From NCBI GenBank assembly GCA_963793305.1, contig CAWBZV010000002.1:576001-640000 (forward strand): a stretch of DNA of 64,000 nt, given 5' to 3'. This document shows, in pieces, positions 40,914 to 51,222 of this stretch. Source of the DNA: an uncultured Gemmatimonadales bacterium. Lineage in GTDB: Bacteria > Gemmatimonadota > Gemmatimonadetes > Gemmatimonadales > Gemmatimonadaceae. Position 1 is the stretch's first letter; every line of letters starts with the position of its first letter. Below the pieces are notes generated by a model. It ran no database searches. It was not told the DNA's origin and was given only the letters and a program-made list of their open reading frames with translations. A program made the position numbers and the translations under genes.

Positions 40914-43001
40914 GTGTCGATCCTGCATCGCTCATTACTCGCAGTGCCTTTCGCAGCAGTGTTGCTCTCGTGCAACAGCACCTCTTCCACCGCTCCCAAA
41001 AAGACCACAACGGGGCTGTCCGGCACGTACGCCGGCGCATTCGGCAGCACGAAGGTGTCCGGCTCTTTCGTGGCAAAGTTCGGATCGGCGCTTTCGGGCG
41101 CCGCCGTCGCGGGCGCGCCGCGCATCCGAGAACAGGGGAGCGGCGGCAATGACGGCTCGATCACGATCACCCTGTTGAACGGCACGACGGTGACGCTGAC
41201 CGGATCGAACGACTCGACGTTCACGCTGACCGACAGCAACGGCGACAGCTGCACGGGGACGGCGGCCAGCGTCCTCAACGCGACGTGCACCCTCGGCGCA
41301 TATCCGGGGGTTACTCTGACGCTCTCTGGCGTGCTCCAGGCAACCGCCGGCGCGTTGACGACGTATTGTGGCATCGACACCGGTCTCCTGAGCCGCAGCA
41401 TGGCCGGCTCGATGCTGCTCGGCATCGCTGGCTCGCAAGCCTTCATCGTCAACATCGCCGCCGGCTCCAACGCAACGACCTTCTATAGTGGCTCGGCGTC
41501 CGCCGGCACCCTGTCGTTAACGTCGTCCGGCTCGGGCAGCACGAACTCGATTCAGGGAACGTATACGTCCACCACCGCGACCGGGACGATCGCCGGCAGT
41601 GGCACGGTCGGGGTGGTCGGCGCGTGGGGTGCCGCATCGCCGTGCACGCTCGTCCAGGCCACGCTGTCGCCCACGACCTTGGCCTTTTCCGCGGTCGCTT
41701 CCGGTACGGCGCCGGCGCAGCAGATCGTGGTCATGACGCCGAGTACGGTGGGGCCCGTGAGCGCCGCGATTCCGTCGTCGGCGTCGTGGCTGACGGCAAC
41801 GACATCGGGTGACTCGGTCTCGTTCGCCGTTTCGACGAACGTGTCGGCGGGGTCCTACAACGCGACGGTACCTATCTACGGGCAGTTCGCCAAGGGCGGG
41901 TCGCTCACCGTGTCGGTGTCGTACACGGTCACCTCGCAATCGACGAACAGCTTCGCCGGACTCTTCCTCGCGTCCAGCGACGGGCAGCTCCTGGGGTACG
42001 CGACGAGCCAACTGGGGACATCGAATGCCACGCCCACCATCAGCGTCGGCAGCGGCGCGGTGAGCGGCGCGGGCTATCTGGCGGTCGATGCCGCCGGCGA
42101 TCTCTGGGTGTCGAGTGGCTTCCGGCACGACATCTACGAGATTCCGACCTCGCAGTTCTTATCCAAAAACCTGACCTGGTCCTACTCGTGCGAGCTGCCG
42201 ACGCCGGTCGGAGGCGGCAATGTGCCGGAGCCGGCCGGAATCGCCGTCGACACGAGTGGGACTGTCTGGGTCGCCGATAGCGCGAACGCGGGCTGGTTCT
42301 ACGGGTACTCGACATCCAATGTCACCAGTAATTGCGCGCTCAATCCGACGCAGCCGTCGGGCGCCAGTCACCCGAGCAACCAGTACCACCTCACGAGCAT
42401 CAACAACTCCCAGGTCCCCGTCACCGCCGCTGTATTGACCGGCATGGCGTTCGACCCGCGCGGCAATCTGTGGATCGCGGATCAAGCGCAGGGCTTCGTC
42501 TACAAGATGCTCCAGGGCCAGATCACGGGATCGAATCTCGAGCTGGCCGCCGATGCGGCCTTCAACGTGATCTCGGAGGAAGGCGATCAGTCCCCCCACG
42601 CGCTGGCGTTCGATGCGCAAGGCAACCTGTGGGTGGCGTACCTGGGGCACGGCACGATCGCCGAATTCGCCGCGTCGCAACTCGGCAACGCCGGCACGAC
42701 CGGCGCGAACTATCCCATCCCGCAGAACATTTTGACGGTCACCAACGTGACCGACTCGGTGACGTCGATCGCGTTCGACGGGTCGGGCAACCTGTGGTTG
42801 GTGGAATCAGCGAACCGCAACGCCAACACCGGCCTGGCATTCGTGCCCGCGAGCCAGTTGTCGGCCCAGAACGCCGTGTTGTCACCGACGGTGACGTTCG
42901 CGGAGAATGGCGCGGGACCGCAATTGCCCACGGCGATCGCGTTCTCGCCGGCGCCGGCCGGGCTGTCGCTGGGCCAGCGGGTCCGCCGCCGGCGTCCGTA
43001 A
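40914..43001 (+). CDS. Ser/Thr/Gly-rich surface lipoprotein with an Ig/BACON-like module and C-terminal NHL beta-propeller
   Basis: Lipobox VLLSC; LSPTTLAF...SWLT; repeated AFD..GNLW. Confidence 0.8.
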   Translation: MSILHRSLLAVPFAAVLLSCNSTSSTAPKKTTTGLSGTYAGAFGSTKVSGSFVAKFGSALSGAAVAGAPRIREQGSGGNDGSITITLLNGTTVTLTGSNDSTFTLTDSNGDSCTGTAASVLNATCTLGAYPGVTLTLSGVLQATAGALTTYCGIDTGLLSRSMAGSMLLGIAGSQAFIVNIAAGSNATTFYSGSASAGTLSLTSSGSGSTNSIQGTYTSTTATGTIAGSGTVGVVGAWGAASPCTLVQATLSPTTLAFSAVASGTAPAQQIVVMTPSTVGPVSAAIPSSASWLTATTSGDSVSFAVSTNVSAGSYNATVPIYGQFAKGGSLTVSVSYTVTSQSTNSFAGLFLASSDGQLLGYATSQLGTSNATPTISVGSGAVSGAGYLAVDAAGDLWVSSGFRHDIYEIPTSQFLSKNLTWSYSCELPTPVGGGNVPEPAGIAVDTSGTVWVADSANAGWFYGYSTSNVTSNCALNPTQPSGASHPSNQYHLTSINNSQVPVTAAVLTGMAFDPRGNLWIADQAQGFVYKMLQGQITGSNLELAADAAFNVISEEGDQSPHALAFDAQGNLWVAYLGHGTIAEFAASQLGNAGTTGANYPIPQNILTVTNVTDSVTSIAFDGSGNLWLVESANRNANTGLAFVPASQLSAQNAVLSPTVTFAENGAGPQLPTAIAFSPAPAGLSLGQRVRRRRP

Positions 43002-43019
43002 AGCCAACGCCACGGTAGT

Positions 43020-43061
43020 TAAGAGGCAGACTGGCGAGTCTAACTTGCCAGTCTGCCTCTT
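43020..43061. terminator. Bidirectional terminator-like hairpin
   Basis: TAAGAGGCAGACTGGCGAG...CTTGCCAGTCTGCCTCTTA between convergent genes. Confidence 0.8.
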
Positions 43062-43128
43062 ATCGTCGCGCCGGTGCTCACAGTACTATGGCGATCCGTT
43101 GCGGCTTGGCGTTCCTCAAGCTTCGGGC

Positions 43129-43755
43129 TCAGATCCGCATCCCGTGGAGCGCTCGCGACGCCATGACGAGGTGCGCCGTATCAGTCTGGATGCTCGTGAC
43201 ATCGAACCCGGCGATGATAGTACCGAGTTGGCAGTTCGAGACAGCCAACATATCGGTGCCGCTTTCGGGATGGCATTTGCCGCTTAACACGGTCAGTGAT
43301 GCGGTGACGGTGCCACCGCCACCGACCGACCCCTGCGCGGTATCGGGTGCGTACTCGACATAAGTGAAGGTCTGGATGCCGCTGAATTGCTCGTCGATTC
43401 GCATGACGGATCCCGGGTTGCTGCCGCCAGTCCACGCCGCTATGTGGATGGTCGAGTCGACGCCCAACCCAGGAGCATTTTCGTCCCAGGCGACCGCCTG
43501 AAAAGTCGTGGCCGTTCCGTTCACGGATATTTGCACGGTCGTCGGCGCGACGCCCCACGATAATGCAGCAATGGCGATCGTGAGGGCGTTATACCACGCG
43601 TTATCCGCGCGCGGATGTTGGGTCAACACACTGTCGAAATGTTCGGCCAGTGATTGAGGCAATGGACCCGTCGGCATGTCGCTGCCGCACGCACTGGCGG
43701 CGACTGCGCAACACACGAGAGCCGAGATCGTACGCACTTTGGGAGCGTGGCTCAT
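43129..43755 (-). CDS. Hypothetical lipoprotein
   Basis: GGAGG RBS; lipobox ASAC-GS. Confidence 0.7.
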   Translation of the reverse strand: MSHAPKVRTISALVCCAVAASACGSDMPTGPLPQSLAEHFDSVLTQHPRADNAWYNALTIAIAALSWGVAPTTVQISVNGTATTFQAVAWDENAPGLGVDSTIHIAAWTGGSNPGSVMRIDEQFSGIQTFTYVEYAPDTAQGSVGGGGTVTASLTVLSGKCHPESGTDMLAVSNCQLGTIIAGFDVTSIQTDTAHLVMASRALHGMRI

Positions 43756-43820
43756 ACGGGTATTCCTCCGTTGGTGACGAAGCCCCGAAACGCGCGGGTC
43801 CAATATGGCAGCCGCGTGAG

Positions 43821-45263
43821 TCAATGCTGCGCTTGGGCCTCCTCGAGCCGCTCCACGGGCATGGCGGTCGGCACGTGCCGCGCCACGTCGATGTTCCCCT
43901 GGTCGACCACGACATAGCCATCTCTGACCACGAGCCACACCTTCGCGAGATCGCCCAGCGAGACCTCCGGGCGACCGTCAATAACGGTTACGTCGGCGAG
44001 CTTCCCAGGCTCCAAGGTGCCAAGTCGGTCGCCCATGTCGAGCATCTGGGCGTTCGTCCGCGTCGCGATCTGGAGCACCTCGGGAACCGTGTAGCCGAGG
44101 CGGACAAATTGCTGCAGCTCGTTGATGTAGGGCCCAGGCAGATAACGAAACCAATCGCGCACGAGGTCGGTGCCGACGCCGAGCGTGATGCCCGCATCCT
44201 TCATCTTCTTCACCAACGCGAAATTGAGCGACTTGGAGAAGAAGAATCGGCGCGATGTCGTGCCGTAGTACGCGCCCGCGGAATTGAAGATGATGATGTA
44301 GGGCGTCAAGGTGGGATCCGACTCGGTGCCGTGCTGCTTCATGAGCGCGATCGTCTCATCGGATCTCGGCAGCGGATGCTCGATCATGTCGATGCCCGCT
44401 TCGACCGCCCACTTCGTGTAGAACGTCTCGCAATCGCACGTCACCTTGAGGCCGAGCGCGTGCGCTTCCTGGATCGCCGCGGAAACCTCGGCCGGCGTGA
44501 AGTGGCTGGCGATCTTGATGAGGTCAGCGCCCGCGGTGAACTGCTCGCGCACCGCCTCGCGCCAATCATCGGCCCCCGACGCGACGCGGACCATGCCCCC
44601 GGCGGTGCTGTTGTATGGCCCGCCATCGTCGCCGTGACCCCCCTTGCTCGTGATCAGCTGGCCGGCCGCGAATACCCGCGGTCCGATGACACGGTTCTGC
44701 TTGACCCAGGCCTGGAGACGAAACGGCACGTCGCCCTCGGATCCAACGTCGCGCACGCTCGTGATGCCGCTTTCGATGTAGTAACGGAGACGCTCGACCC
44801 CGCGCAGCGCGGCGTCCGCACGGCTCCCGGCGACCGACCCCGGCGTGTCGTCATCGGGATACGTCGAATGCGTGTGCAGGTCGATGAGACCCGGCATGAC
44901 AGTCTTGCCGGCGACATCGATCACGCGCGCGTCGGAAGGCCAGTTGGTCGCCGATGGCGCCAGGATCCGGTCGATGTGGTTGCGCGTGATGACCAGCGTC
45001 CCCTCGCGCACGGGCGCGCCGGTCGCGTCGAAAATGCGGCCGCCGCGCAGCACGAGCGTTCCAGGCGGCCCGTTGACGCCAGGCGGCTCCGGAACCCGCC
45101 GAGGATCGTCGGAGACGCTCTGGGTCGGCGACAGGAATCGCCGTCGCTCAGTCCGGCCGACGACGGTGTCGCGCCCACTCTCCTGGCCCCTCGCCGCCAC
45201 CGGCGTCGCGAGTGGGAGCACCATCGAGACAACCATCAAGCAGAAACTCGGACGGCATATCAC
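43821..45263 (-). CDS. Secreted amidohydrolase family protein
   Basis: MPGLIDLHTH, GITSVRDVG, GADLIK, IEH, GVGTD, GTLEPGKLAD. Confidence 0.9.
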   Translation of the reverse strand: MICRPSFCLMVVSMVLPLATPVAARGQESGRDTVVGRTERRRFLSPTQSVSDDPRRVPEPPGVNGPPGTLVLRGGRIFDATGAPVREGTLVITRNHIDRILAPSATNWPSDARVIDVAGKTVMPGLIDLHTHSTYPDDDTPGSVAGSRADAALRGVERLRYYIESGITSVRDVGSEGDVPFRLQAWVKQNRVIGPRVFAAGQLITSKGGHGDDGGPYNSTAGGMVRVASGADDWREAVREQFTAGADLIKIASHFTPAEVSAAIQEAHALGLKVTCDCETFYTKWAVEAGIDMIEHPLPRSDETIALMKQHGTESDPTLTPYIIIFNSAGAYYGTTSRRFFFSKSLNFALVKKMKDAGITLGVGTDLVRDWFRYLPGPYINELQQFVRLGYTVPEVLQIATRTNAQMLDMGDRLGTLEPGKLADVTVIDGRPEVSLGDLAKVWLVVRDGYVVVDQGNIDVARHVPTAMPVERLEEAQAQH

Positions 45264-45338
45264 GTCGCCACGCTCCGCGTTAGATCATAGGCCGAATCAC
45301 CGGGCCAAGATAACGCCGACGGGCGACCGTCCGCATGC

Positions 45339-45373
45339 AAAACGGCTGGCTTCCCCCGTGCGAAGCCAGCCGT
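45339..45373 (-). terminator. Intrinsic terminator
   Basis: ACGGCTGGCTTC/GAAGCCAGCCGT stem with a T-run on the minus strand after the 45401 gene. Confidence 0.7.
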
Positions 45374-45400
45374 GTTGGCGCGCGGTTACGCGAATGCTTC

Positions 45401-45829
45401 TTAGTTCACCGTGATGACAAGGGTGCCCTCGCCAACGTCTCCACAGCCCCCCGCATAGACCGAGATACTTCCGGCACTGGAATAGAAGATGCCTCCCGAT
45501 GTCTGACCGGGATCAACGGTCGTCAGCGGAACAGGGGCAACACCGTTGTTAAATCCCTCGAACTGATACACGGTCAGCGCCGTCGAGGTGTTGTTCGTCC
45601 ACTCGATCAGCTGGTTTTCGTGGGCCGACGCCGGGTTCGGCGAAAACGTGGGACAACCAGCGGATGCATTGCTCGGTCCTATCGCGATCTGTAGCGCGTC
45701 GTACGCGCAACCCGATGAGAGCGCGTGCTGTCCCGCCGGACATTGCGCGGCGGTGGGGCTATCGCTGCTCGAGCAACCTTGCAACACGAGGCCGATGAGC
45801 GCGAACGTGACTGCTGCGAGGGTACGCAT
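45401..45829 (-). CDS. Small lipoprotein, possibly cupredoxin-like fold
   Basis: Lipobox LQGC; FSPNP...IEWTNN...PGQT...GTLVITV. Confidence 0.6.
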   Translation of the reverse strand: MRTLAAVTFALIGLVLQGCSSSDSPTAAQCPAGQHALSSGCAYDALQIAIGPSNASAGCPTFSPNPASAHENQLIEWTNNTSTALTVYQFEGFNNGVAPVPLTTVDPGQTSGGIFYSSAGSISVYAGGCGDVGEGTLVITVN

Positions 45830-45917
45830 ATGCATCCGGGGTTGGCAGTGTGTTAAGTCATGGTTAGTCAGATAAGGGACGCCGCGAGAAACCAGTTTGT
45901 AACCGGTTCATGTCGCG

Positions 45918-46283
45918 TTAAGGTTGCGGTCCATCATTGGGGTAGGGAAAGTAGAGTTCGTTCCCGTCCAGATCATGGACAACCATGAGGCGGTATCCCC
46001 ACTCCCCGTCCTGCACCTCGACCCCCTTGTGTTCCAACTCGGCGCGCAGCGCGTGCAGGACATCGGCATCGAGCGAGATAAAAATGAGGGCGCTGCCCAC
46101 TTTTTTTGGCCACTGCGAAGACAGAATGAGCGCGCAGCTGTGGCGATCGACCTGCGCGACGAGCGGCTTGCCCCCGTCATCGTAGCTCCAAGCGCGCGTG
46201 AACCCCAGTTGATTGACGTAGAAATCGACTGACCGGGCAACGTCAGTGACGAACAGGACCGGACGGGCAAACCATTCGCTCAT
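45918..46283 (-). CDS. VOC / bleomycin-resistance family protein
   Basis: PVLFVTDVARSVDFY..LGF, WGYR..V.DLDGNELYF. Confidence 0.88.
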   Translation of the reverse strand: MSEWFARPVLFVTDVARSVDFYVNQLGFTRAWSYDDGGKPLVAQVDRHSCALILSSQWPKKVGSALIFISLDADVLHALRAELEHKGVEVQDGEWGYRLMVVHDLDGNELYFPYPNDGPQP

Positions 46284-46364
46284 GCGAGCGACGCTAGTCG
46301 AAGACTCGAAGCCAAGCAAGCCGGATCCAGGGAGCGGCGCATGGGCTGCCGCGAACGGTCGCTC

Positions 46365-47357
46365 TCAGCTCGGCCGTCGACGCCGCGCGCGGCGGAGTTT
46401 TCGGAGCGCGACGCGGAGGCCCGCGAGACCGTCGAGTTGCACCGCGCCGATGGCGGTCAGGACCGCCGAGTAGGTGGGCGCCGCGGCGCCGCCGACGAGG
46501 AGAGCCGCGCGCTTTGGGAGCGCCGCGCGCAGGCGCCGAAGCTCGTCGCCGACGGTCGGGTCGCCCATGGGGTACACGACACTCAGCGCTACCGCCCGCG
46601 CCCGTGTCCGCACCGCGCACTCGGCAATGTCCTCGGCCGTCAAATCGGGGCCCAGGTATGTGACCCGCCAGCCCTCGGTCGCCGCGCTCGCGGCGACGAG
46701 GAGCGCGCCGAGCTCGTGGACCTGACCCGATGGCGTCGCAACGACCACGCTCGCCGTCGCGAGCGGCGGGCTCGCGCGCTCGACCACTCCGTCCAGCGTG
46801 CGCCGCACCATCATCGAGGCGAGATGCTCGTGTACCGGACGCAGCGTCCCCTCCCGCCAACGCGCGCCCACGTCCTCGAGCAGCGGAACGAGGAGCCCGT
46901 CGAGCAATTGAACGGCAGAGAGCGCGATCGTCGCTCGCCGCAGCGTGGCTTCGAGCGCGGTTGAGTCCAGCCGCTCGATCGCGCGCATCGCATCCGCGCG
47001 ATACTCGGCCGCGGCCAACGGCGCGTCGCCGTCGCGCGGGTGCGCTCCCCGGCTGGCATGCTCGGCCTCGACGTTCGCGTCCGCCGCCGCGTCCTGTCGG
47101 ACGAGCGCGGTGAGCGCTTCGGTCGGCAACTCGGCCACCAGTCCAATGCTTCGCCCGGCCAATGTGGCGCGATAGAGCAGACGAAGCCGCTCAATGTCGG
47201 TGTCGGAGTAGAGCCGGCGACCGCCCTCGGTTCGCGATGGCGTGACCACGTCATACCGCCGCTCCCACGCGCGCAGCAGATCGGGGCTGAGTCCGGTACG
47301 ACGGGTGACGACCCGCATCGGATGGCGATGCTGGCCGGCGTTCACAGTCGGGGCCAT
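46365..47357 (-). CDS. MerR-family B12-binding (CarH/LitR-like) regulator
   Basis: TGLSPDLLRAWERRY..P.RT.GGRRLYS; W-x9-EH; HELG; VTYLG; VGG; start uncertain. Confidence 0.9.
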   Translation of the reverse strand: MAPTVNAGQHRHPMRVVTRRTGLSPDLLRAWERRYDVVTPSRTEGGRRLYSDTDIERLRLLYRATLAGRSIGLVAELPTEALTALVRQDAAADANVEAEHASRGAHPRDGDAPLAAAEYRADAMRAIERLDSTALEATLRRATIALSAVQLLDGLLVPLLEDVGARWREGTLRPVHEHLASMMVRRTLDGVVERASPPLATASVVVATPSGQVHELGALLVAASAATEGWRVTYLGPDLTAEDIAECAVRTRARAVALSVVYPMGDPTVGDELRRLRAALPKRAALLVGGAAAPTYSAVLTAIGAVQLDGLAGLRVALRKLRRARRRRPS

Positions 47358-47382
47358 GCCCGAAGGTATCGAATGCATCCAC

Positions 47383-47418
47383 CATTGTCCAGATTCTGTC
47401 CTGGACGATAATTTGACA
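47383..47418. promoter_or_regulatory. Putative CarH-type operator overlapping divergent promoters
   Basis: TGTCC at 47386 and 47397 (11-bp period); TTGACA at 47413. Confidence 0.45.
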
Positions 47419-47477
47419 GTGCCCGGTCGGGCACGTAGATTCGCCACCATACGAAATCAGCGAACTCGAGGTGCAGC

Positions 47478-47771
47478 ATGCGCGAGATCAGGTTCAGCCA
47501 GACCCACCGCACGAGCGGTGTCCGGCGACGCTTCATCATCTCACAGTTCGATGCCGCGGTCGGCGCCATGATGCCCGATCGCGAGCGCGGCGGGCCGTAT
47601 CTTCCCCCGCCGTGGCCTCTCGCGTGGCGCTACATGGCGCAGATGGGCGATGGCTCCCCCTGGACCGAGTTGCGCCGGCTGGACGCAAAGGCCAATGCGC
47701 CTGACGAAGAGGTCAGAAAGAAAGCGATCCGCGATTTCAACCGCCTGGCGCGCGGCGGCGCTCAACTCTAA
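47478..47771 (+). CDS. Hypothetical protein
   Basis: GAGGTG RBS with ATG; 97 aa. Confidence 0.55.
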   Translation: MREIRFSQTHRTSGVRRRFIISQFDAAVGAMMPDRERGGPYLPPPWPLAWRYMAQMGDGSPWTELRRLDAKANAPDEEVRKKAIRDFNRLARGGAQL

Positions 47772-48603
47772 CCGCGAATTATTCGGGGTTGGGGAGAAGG
47801 CCCATTTTGTTGGTAGATCGGCCGCATGATCGCTCGCACCTTGGGCAAGTCGAGCGTGAACCAGACCGCACCTGCGATACAACACGCCCCGGTCAGCATG
47901 ACGGTGGCAGGCGCGCCGATCCGGTGCGCCAGCGCGCCGGCGAACAGGCTGCCGAACGGCGAAGCGCCGAAGAATGCCATCGTGTAGTAACTCATCACGC
48001 GGGCCCGCTTGTCCTCGGGCACCAGTGACTGGATGACCGTGTTGCTCACGGCCGCGGCCTGCATCATGCCGAAGCCGACGAGCACCATGAAGACGAGCGA
48101 AAGCCACAACGCCCGCGACAAGCCGAACAGGGTCAACGCCGCGCCGAGCGTCGCGGAAGCGATCTGCAGCATACGCGTGAGGCCGAGCACCGACTTGCGC
48201 ACGGTCAACGAAAGCGCCGAGATGAGCGCGCCAACGCCCGCGTGGTCGACCAATTCCTCGTCGTCGTGGTCGCGGACCGCGAGATCGTAAACGAGAAACT
48301 CCGTCGGCATCGCGTCGTGCGTGAAATGGTCCAGCGCGTAGACCAGGTACGACGGTAGGAAATAGTGGTAGGCGGCCGGCGAGAATAACGGCAGACAGGA
48401 CGGGTATGCTCGATCAGCCCATCCGGCACCCGGCGCCATCCGACGCCCGCGAACGCGCGACAGATCGCGTTGCAGTCCGGGCAATCGTGTGGCGCGATCT
48501 CGTCGCGGGGTGGACACTTGTCACCCCCGAACACGCGAAGGACGTCAGTCCGGAAGGCGCGTAGCACCGGGTCGTTGCGTGTCGTCCGCTCAGCGTCTGC
48601 CAT
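47768..48603 (-). pseudogene. Chimeric remnant: DUF6714-like 5' part (frameshift near 48417) fused to the last TMs of an MFS transporter
   Basis: HDCPDC...W...LPLFSPAAYHYFLPSYL, then from about 48242 GVGALISAL...NTVIQSLVPEDKRARVMSYY..PFGSL. Confidence 0.6.
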
Positions 48604-48606
48604 ATG

Positions 48607-50328
48607 CTAACGCGCCAGTGACTGCTCCATCCAACGATGCATCTCGCTGTCGAGCACGTCGAGCGGCAATGCACCCTGACCGAGTGCCGCGTCATGAAAC
48701 GCCCGGAGATCGAAGCGCGCACCGAGCCGCGCGCGGGCTTCGGCGCGGAGCTTCAGGAACTCGAGCTGGCCGAGCTTGTACGCGAGCGCCTGGCCCGGCC
48801 ACGCGATATAGCGATCGACCTCGGTCTGGACATTCGGCTCATCCATCGCCGTATACGTATGGAAGTAATCGACCATCTGCTGCCGCGTCCAATGCTTGTA
48901 ATGGACGCCCGGGTCCACCACTAACCGAATCGCGCGCCACATCTCGTTCTCGAGCCGGCCATAATCGCTGTACGGGTCCTGATAGAACCCGACTTCTTTG
49001 CCGAGCCGCTCGGAATAAAAGGCCCAACCCTCGACGAATGCCGTGTAGCCGCCGTGCTGGCGGAACGTCGGCAAGTCAGGGAGCTCCTGAGCGAGCGACA
49101 ACTGCATGTGGTGTCCGGGAACGCCTTCGTGATAGGCGATCGCCTCGACATTCAGCAGCAGTCGCTGGTCCGGGTTCGACTCGTTCACGTTGATGCGCCC
49201 AGGGCGCGAGCCATCTGGCGTACCGGATGTATAGTCGGCCGGTACCGCGTTCGCGCCGCGGAATGGATCCATCGGGATCACGGCGAGCGTCGAGCGCGGG
49301 AGGCGGCCAAAGAGCTGCGGCAGACGCTCCGTCATCTGATGCGCGTACTTGGCGTAGAGATCGAGCACCTGCTGCCCGGACGTCCCGTAGAACCGGCGGT
49401 CGCGCTTGATATGATCGTTGAAGGTCGCGAGGTCGTTATAGCCCTGGCTCTTGGCGATGGTCAGCATCTGCGCCGCGACCTCGGCCACCTGCGCAACGCC
49501 GATCGCGTAGATCGAGTCGGGGCTCAAGTCCGTCGTTGTCATGCGCCGCGCTTCGAATCGATACCGCGCGGCGCCGTCCGGTAGCGCCCAGATGCCAGGA
49601 TCGTTGCGCCCCCGCGGCGCATACTCGGCGCGAACGAACTCGGCGAACTTCCGATACGCCGGCACGATCTCCTGGTCAACCGCCGCGAGGATCGCCACAC
49701 GGAGTCGCGCGCGATCAGCCTCGCCAAAGGCGGTCGGGAAGTGCGACAGGGGAACCGCGAACGGGCTCGCCGCGCCGGTCTTCGACGCGACATCCTGGGT
49801 CTCGACCACCACCTTGTCGAGCAGATAGCGCGGCGGCATGAGGCCATCGCGCATACCCTGTCGCATGTTCTCGGTCACCTGGTCGAACGCGTGTGGCATC
49901 GCATGCAGCCGGGCGATGTAATGATCGTAATCCGCGACCGTGTTGAATGGCGTCAGCGATACGAGGTCGACAAAGCCGAGGTGGATCCCATCGCGTTGGT
50001 CGACCGGCATCTCCCACGACTTGAACGCCATCGCGTCGAGACGCTCCCGCAGATCCCGGATCATCAGCCGACGACTCAGCGCATCGGATGCCGAGAGGCC
50101 AGCGGTGTCGATCGCCTCGAAGCGCGCCAGGAACGAGCGACGGGCCGCGGCATCAGCCTGGATCGCCGACAGCGAGCGGTCATCCAAGCGATCGTTGAAT
50201 CGATTGTCGCCGAGCGCCGTGGCGGCCTCCGGCGACGAGCGCATCTCGTAGTCCCACTCCTCGTCGAACAGGGGGCGCAACGGTTGCGCGACCTGAAGCA
50301 ACAGCGGCACGAGCAAGAGCATGGTCAC
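48607..50328 (-). CDS. DUF885 family protein (HExxxH metalloprotein)
   Basis: AYHEGVPGHHMQ, AFVEGWAFYSE, RAIRLVVD.GVH, EVDRYIAWPGQALAYKLG. Confidence 0.93.
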   Translation of the reverse strand: MTMLLLVPLLLQVAQPLRPLFDEEWDYEMRSSPEAATALGDNRFNDRLDDRSLSAIQADAAARRSFLARFEAIDTAGLSASDALSRRLMIRDLRERLDAMAFKSWEMPVDQRDGIHLGFVDLVSLTPFNTVADYDHYIARLHAMPHAFDQVTENMRQGMRDGLMPPRYLLDKVVVETQDVASKTGAASPFAVPLSHFPTAFGEADRARLRVAILAAVDQEIVPAYRKFAEFVRAEYAPRGRNDPGIWALPDGAARYRFEARRMTTTDLSPDSIYAIGVAQVAEVAAQMLTIAKSQGYNDLATFNDHIKRDRRFYGTSGQQVLDLYAKYAHQMTERLPQLFGRLPRSTLAVIPMDPFRGANAVPADYTSGTPDGSRPGRINVNESNPDQRLLLNVEAIAYHEGVPGHHMQLSLAQELPDLPTFRQHGGYTAFVEGWAFYSERLGKEVGFYQDPYSDYGRLENEMWRAIRLVVDPGVHYKHWTRQQMVDYFHTYTAMDEPNVQTEVDRYIAWPGQALAYKLGQLEFLKLRAEARARLGARFDLRAFHDAALGQGALPLDVLDSEMHRWMEQSLAR

Positions 50329-51222
50329 CTCGGTTGAGCCAGCGCGGAGCGAATGACCTTCAGCGCGGCATCGCGCTCGGCTCCCGACAGCGGCAGCCGC
50401 GGTGGACGTACCGTCTCCGAGCCGCGACCCACCTCGTGCTGCACGAGCTTGATGAGCTGCACGAACTTCATGACGGTGTCAAATCTCAACAAAGGCAGAA
50501 ACCACGAATAGAGCGCGAACGCTTCGGCTGCCCGACCGGTGCAGGCGAGATCGAAGAGTCGGACCGATTCAAGCGGCAGCGCGTTGACCAACCCGGCCAC
50601 CCATCCCCGCGCGCCGACGCCAACCGCTTCGAGGATCATATCGTCGAGTCCCGCGAGCAGCGACAATCGATCGCCGAGGACCGCGCGCAGGGCCGAGACC
50701 CGGCGCACGTCACCACTGGACTCTTTGACGGCATGCACGTTCGCGTGACGGTCAGCCAGTGCTTCCACGTCGGACGCCAGGAGATCGGTGCCGTACGCAA
50801 TCGGATTGTTGTAGAGCATGCACGACAATGGAGTCGCCGAGATCACCGCGTCGAAATGCGCGTGCGTCTCTCTCGCGTCCGGGCGATAGACATAGGGCGG
50901 CAACACCATTAGAGCCCGAGCACCCCGCGCGCTCCGCGGCGCGAGCCAAACGAACGCACTCCTCGGTAGCCAGGCCGCTGACGCCGGCAATGACGGGCGC
51001 CGAGGGACCGGCGGCGTCGGCGCAAATGGACAGCACGCGGATCTTCTCGTCGAATCCCAGCGTCGCCCCCTCACCGAGTGAGCCGAGCGCGACAATGCCT
51101 CGGCAACCATGGCCGAGCAGCCAGCGGACATGATCGGCGAGAAACGACTCGTCGATCGCCCCGTCGGCCTTGAACGGCGTCGTGATGGCCGGGAGAACGC
51201 CGGTCCAATCGTGTTTTTGCAT
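50325..51222 (-). CDS. DapA-family protein, probable pyrroline-4-hydroxy-2-carboxylate deaminase; apparent +1 frameshift near 50913
   Basis: GVLPAITTPF, GSLGE; then MVLPPYVY, LYNNP..YGTD, VKESSGDVRR; cluster context. Confidence 0.85.

Noticed and set aside
30300..48600. Intact prophage or integrative element at tRNA-Asn
   Set aside because: No integrase, phage or conjugation genes, and I found no duplicated tRNA 3' end by eye.
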